Origin: Bugula neritina
Lineage: Eukaryota > Animalia > Bryozoa
Assembly (NCBI GenBank): GCA_964035545.1
Contig: OZ037766.1
Coordinates: 28,317,673-28,381,672, forward strand
Direction of reading: 5' to 3'
Length of the DNA: 64,000 nucleotides
In this document: piece after piece, positions 61,801-64,000 of the stretch
Numbering within the stretch: the stretch's first letter is position 1
Layout of the letters: every line of letters starts with the position of its first letter
Notes under the pieces: generated by a model
What the model saw: the letters and a program-made list of their open reading frames with translations, nothing else
Told to the model about the DNA's origin: nothing
Databases searched by the model: none
Made by a program: the position numbers and the translations under genes

Positions 61801-63814
61801 AGTATTTTTAATTTTCACAATCTCGTTGATTGTAATTGTTTAATAGATTTTCATTGTGCTACCAGCTGTAAAGTATGCTTTTTGAATATTACAGAAACCT
61901 AAGTCAATACTCAAGAAATCCAAGACGAAATCAAGTAAAGTCAACAACACCAGTCTGTCCTTAACCATCCAGTCGTGTTCAGAAGCTAAGTACCTTGACC
62001 CTAGGTACTTAGACCACCCTGTGGCAAAGAGCAAAACTAAAAGTACTGCAGAGTCTCTGGGTTTTGAGCTGACAGAGCTGGAGAGACCTCAGATTCTGGA
62101 CGAGACTTTAGACTCGGAGGAGAAAACTTCTGAGAGTGAAACAAAGACATGTGTGGAGGAGGATGATTTCTCATTAGAGTGTAGCCTTGGCCTCAATCCT
62201 GGTATTTCCTGTAAGTAATGGTTGGACAACACTTTTTTTAATACATTATAGTCATCACGAACCCAAAAGTTAGATAGATAATAGATAGAGAATTTTCAAA
62301 GACTACAATTTACTTACAGCATGAATGAAGACAGTATTACGATTTTGATGTTGACTGCATGCATTGTAGTGCTTTGATGCTTTACCTAATAATCTTGCTT
62401 TTATTCAATTTTTTTAAAACAAATATAGCAGATATGCTAAAAATTTTCTTGCTTCGATGGTCAAGTTTTATATCTTAGATAAAGGAGGCCTTGCGCCCAT
62501 AGGAAGAAGCTTCAATCACTGCTCCGTTATTTATTATATAGTCAAGCGAGATATTCACAGTAGTGTGTATTAAGAAGTTACTTAGTATTTATTATGTTTC
62601 AATGTCTTGGGCAGATAAACACCCGAGGTCATCAGAAATGGTGAAAATTTATCTCAGTGACATTAACAAACAAAGATGGGAGGCCTGGAAAAATAACCAA
62701 ACTTTAGCATCATGGGTGCTTGGTCTACAAAAATCTCTAAACACAGATCTGAGGGTGACAGTGTATGATCAGGGTGAGTGCACCGGTCTTACCAAATACT
62801 TACAGCTTGATATACTTACTTCTCTGCCTATTTATTTGTTTATTTACTGTTGTATATCATGAGTTGTTTCTCAATGGAGTTGTCCTCCTGACTATTTGGT
62901 CACGTTCTCTAGAATGTTCTCTATACTGCTTTAGTGTACTGTATAATGTATTACATTATATACTGTACTGTATTACATTATATACTGTACTGTATTACAT
63001 TATAATTGTACTGTATTATATTATATATTATATACTGTACTGTATTATATATACTGTACTGTATTATATATACTATACTGTATTATATATACTCTACTGT
63101 ATTATATATACTATACTGTATTATATATACTATACTGTATTATATATACTATACTGTATTATATATACTCTACTGTATTATATATACTATACTGTATTAT
63201 ATATACTATACTGTATTATATATACTCTACTGTATTATATATACTATACTGTATTATATATACTATACTGTATTATATATATTGTATTATATAATACGCT
63301 GTGTTTGTGTATTTAGAAGGAGCATACTTTGGTCAGCAGATCACCTGGCAGCAGATTAAGTCGTGTACAGACTCCATCAGAATAGTTGTGAATAAAGGGG
63401 TCACTGAAGTTGTGTGTAAGTATATTTTATTTTTACAACTGGTAAATAGCAACATATACACTACTTTGTAACGACGTGGAAAACTTTTGCACCATAGTGT
63501 AAAATTGGCGTATGTAAAAACATCTAAAATGCTACCCAATGTCTCAGAATGTGCTTCGGTTGCGTTTTGTTTAATTCAAAAATTAGCTTTCAAAAGATTT
63601 AGATGCAACATAGTATGCTCAAAATTGTATTAATTTCATCTTTTAATAAATGTAATATCCTGACCATTTTGTGGCTGGCCATGCATTAGATATTCACAAA
63701 TGTATTTCTACTGCTGTTATATTGTCATGCTGACATCAATGCTTTGTGCTTATTTTAGTTACTCCTAAACTTGAAGATCTAAGTGATATAACTGAGGAGA
63801 GTGCATCTTCATAG
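40902..63814 (+). CDS. cAMP-receptor-like (Dicty_CAR/GCR1/GPR157-type) seven-transmembrane receptor with long C-terminal tail (~567 aa)
   Basis: Exons 40902-40973 (first exon least certain), 53319-53426, 55808-55864, 56506-56563, 57286-57373, 57826-57948, 58529-58649, 59910-60066, 60497-60613, 61311-61483, 61895-62210, 62615-62773, 63317-63415, 63759-63814. All GT-AG, phase-compatible, 1704 nt open. Seven hydrophobic segments with family-type motifs SQRIFLNILL, KCLVAAFFVQ, WVCALSL, YGVP, YGPAGAFCWV, WVP, PLAGY. Confidence 0.8.
42406..42733. mobile_element. PIF/Harbinger-like MITE
   Basis: TIR gcctagggccacactgtgc / gcacagtgtggccctaggc, plus subterminal IR aattgaaatcacaagtagcaaaggtgtccactgta / tacagtggacacctttgctactcgtggtttcaatt; flanked by tta / taa. 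Confidence 0.8.
43183..48521. mobile_element. Degenerate ~5.3-kb DNA transposon with TTAA target duplication (Kolobok-like ends)
   Basis: TIR core cgtaagcatccaggttattt / aaataacctggatgcctacg. TTAA on both sides (43179-43182, 48522-48525). Interior has AT-rich low-complexity blocks and decayed coding-like fragments at ~45660-46580 (-). No intact transposase seen, so the superfamily call is tentative. Confidence 0.6.
49440..49862. mobile_element. PIF/Harbinger-like MITE
   Basis: TIR gcgtagggccacac..cgttttacac / gtgtaaaacg..gtgtgaccctacgc; TTA target duplication on both sides; terminus related to the 42406 element. Confidence 0.8.
50492..52599. mobile_element. Non-autonomous DNA transposon, ~2.1 kb (ISL2EU/Harbinger-like ends)
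   Basis: TIR agacccttttca / tgaaaagggtct, subterminal aatgtccc / gggacatt, AT dinucleotide on both flanks; no transposase ORF. Confidence 0.6.
52747..52827. repeat. (TA)n microsatellite
   Basis: Perfect TA run. Confidence 0.95.
53869..54214. mobile_element. Foldback/MITE-like long inverted repeat
   Basis: ~100-bp imperfect arms agtcattttacttaatttagtaca...ttttcacaatttagttgctaat / attagcagctaaattgtgaaaa...tgtactaaattaattaaaatgact; in intron 2 of the 7TM gene. Confidence 0.7.
55910..56105. repeat. Degenerate ~9-bp tandem repeat (tagtaagta)n
   Basis: Imperfect tandem units in intron 3 of the 7TM gene. Confidence 0.7.
62935..63293. repeat. 19-bp minisatellite (gtattatatatactatact)n
   Basis: Tandem array with a 19-bp period in the intron between 7TM exons 62615-62773 and 63317-63415; source of the spurious Y/I/L-rich ORFs. 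Confidence 0.92.
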
Positions 63815-64000
63815 CCAAAATGCTGCACCAAGGCTATTATATGCTAAACTAAAGCTATTATACTTCTAACAAATATCTTAGCCTTTGATTGCCAGTGTTT
63901 ATGCAAACTAACTTCAATTGGGCTACAAAGCATAATAACTAAAAACTCACATTTTCTATAAGGTTGTAATCTATATTGTACAGTGTGTATCTAAAAGTTA

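Noticed and set aside
62765-63359. 183-aa and 117-aa Y/I/L-rich ORFs
   Set aside because: Translations of the 19-bp minisatellite; the real exons are 62615-62773 and 63317-63415.

Overview
AT-rich, intron-containing animal DNA, probably a marine invertebrate; the species cannot be determined from the sequence. The short ORFs in the track are mostly exons, and I joined them by hand using GT-AG sites and intron phase. (1) The main result is a cluster of type-I membrane proteins. Each has a signal peptide, an i-type (destabilase) lysozyme-like ectodomain lacking the catalytic Glu at the aligned position, a Thr-rich stalk, one TM helix and a long Tyr/Pro-motif cytoplasmic tail. There are three complete six-exon copies (A: + 2115-6627; B: - 18035-22074; C: - 23923-29463) and one copy reduced to TM+tail exons (- 15308-16571). 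This looks like an undescribed family of 'lysozyme receptors' (candidate peptidoglycan-sensing receptors), with possible secreted/membrane isoforms, alternative tails and gene-conversion mosaics. (2) Inside the cluster is a gene for a GlnD/DUF294-like nucleotidyltransferase fused to TPR repeats (- 8050 to about 12785). (3) Three tandem orphan genes encode ~150-aa membrane proteins (+ 30710-36936). (4) A 14-coding-exon cAMP-receptor-like (Dicty_CAR/GCR1/GPR157-type) 7TM gene (+ 40902-63814) has a long tail ending in a possible ubiquitin-like beta-grasp domain. (5) There are several non-autonomous DNA transposons/MITEs, tRNA-derived SINEs, a perfect 100-bp palindrome, and mini/microsatellites. 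All gene models and family assignments are manual and need RNA-seq/HMM confirmation.
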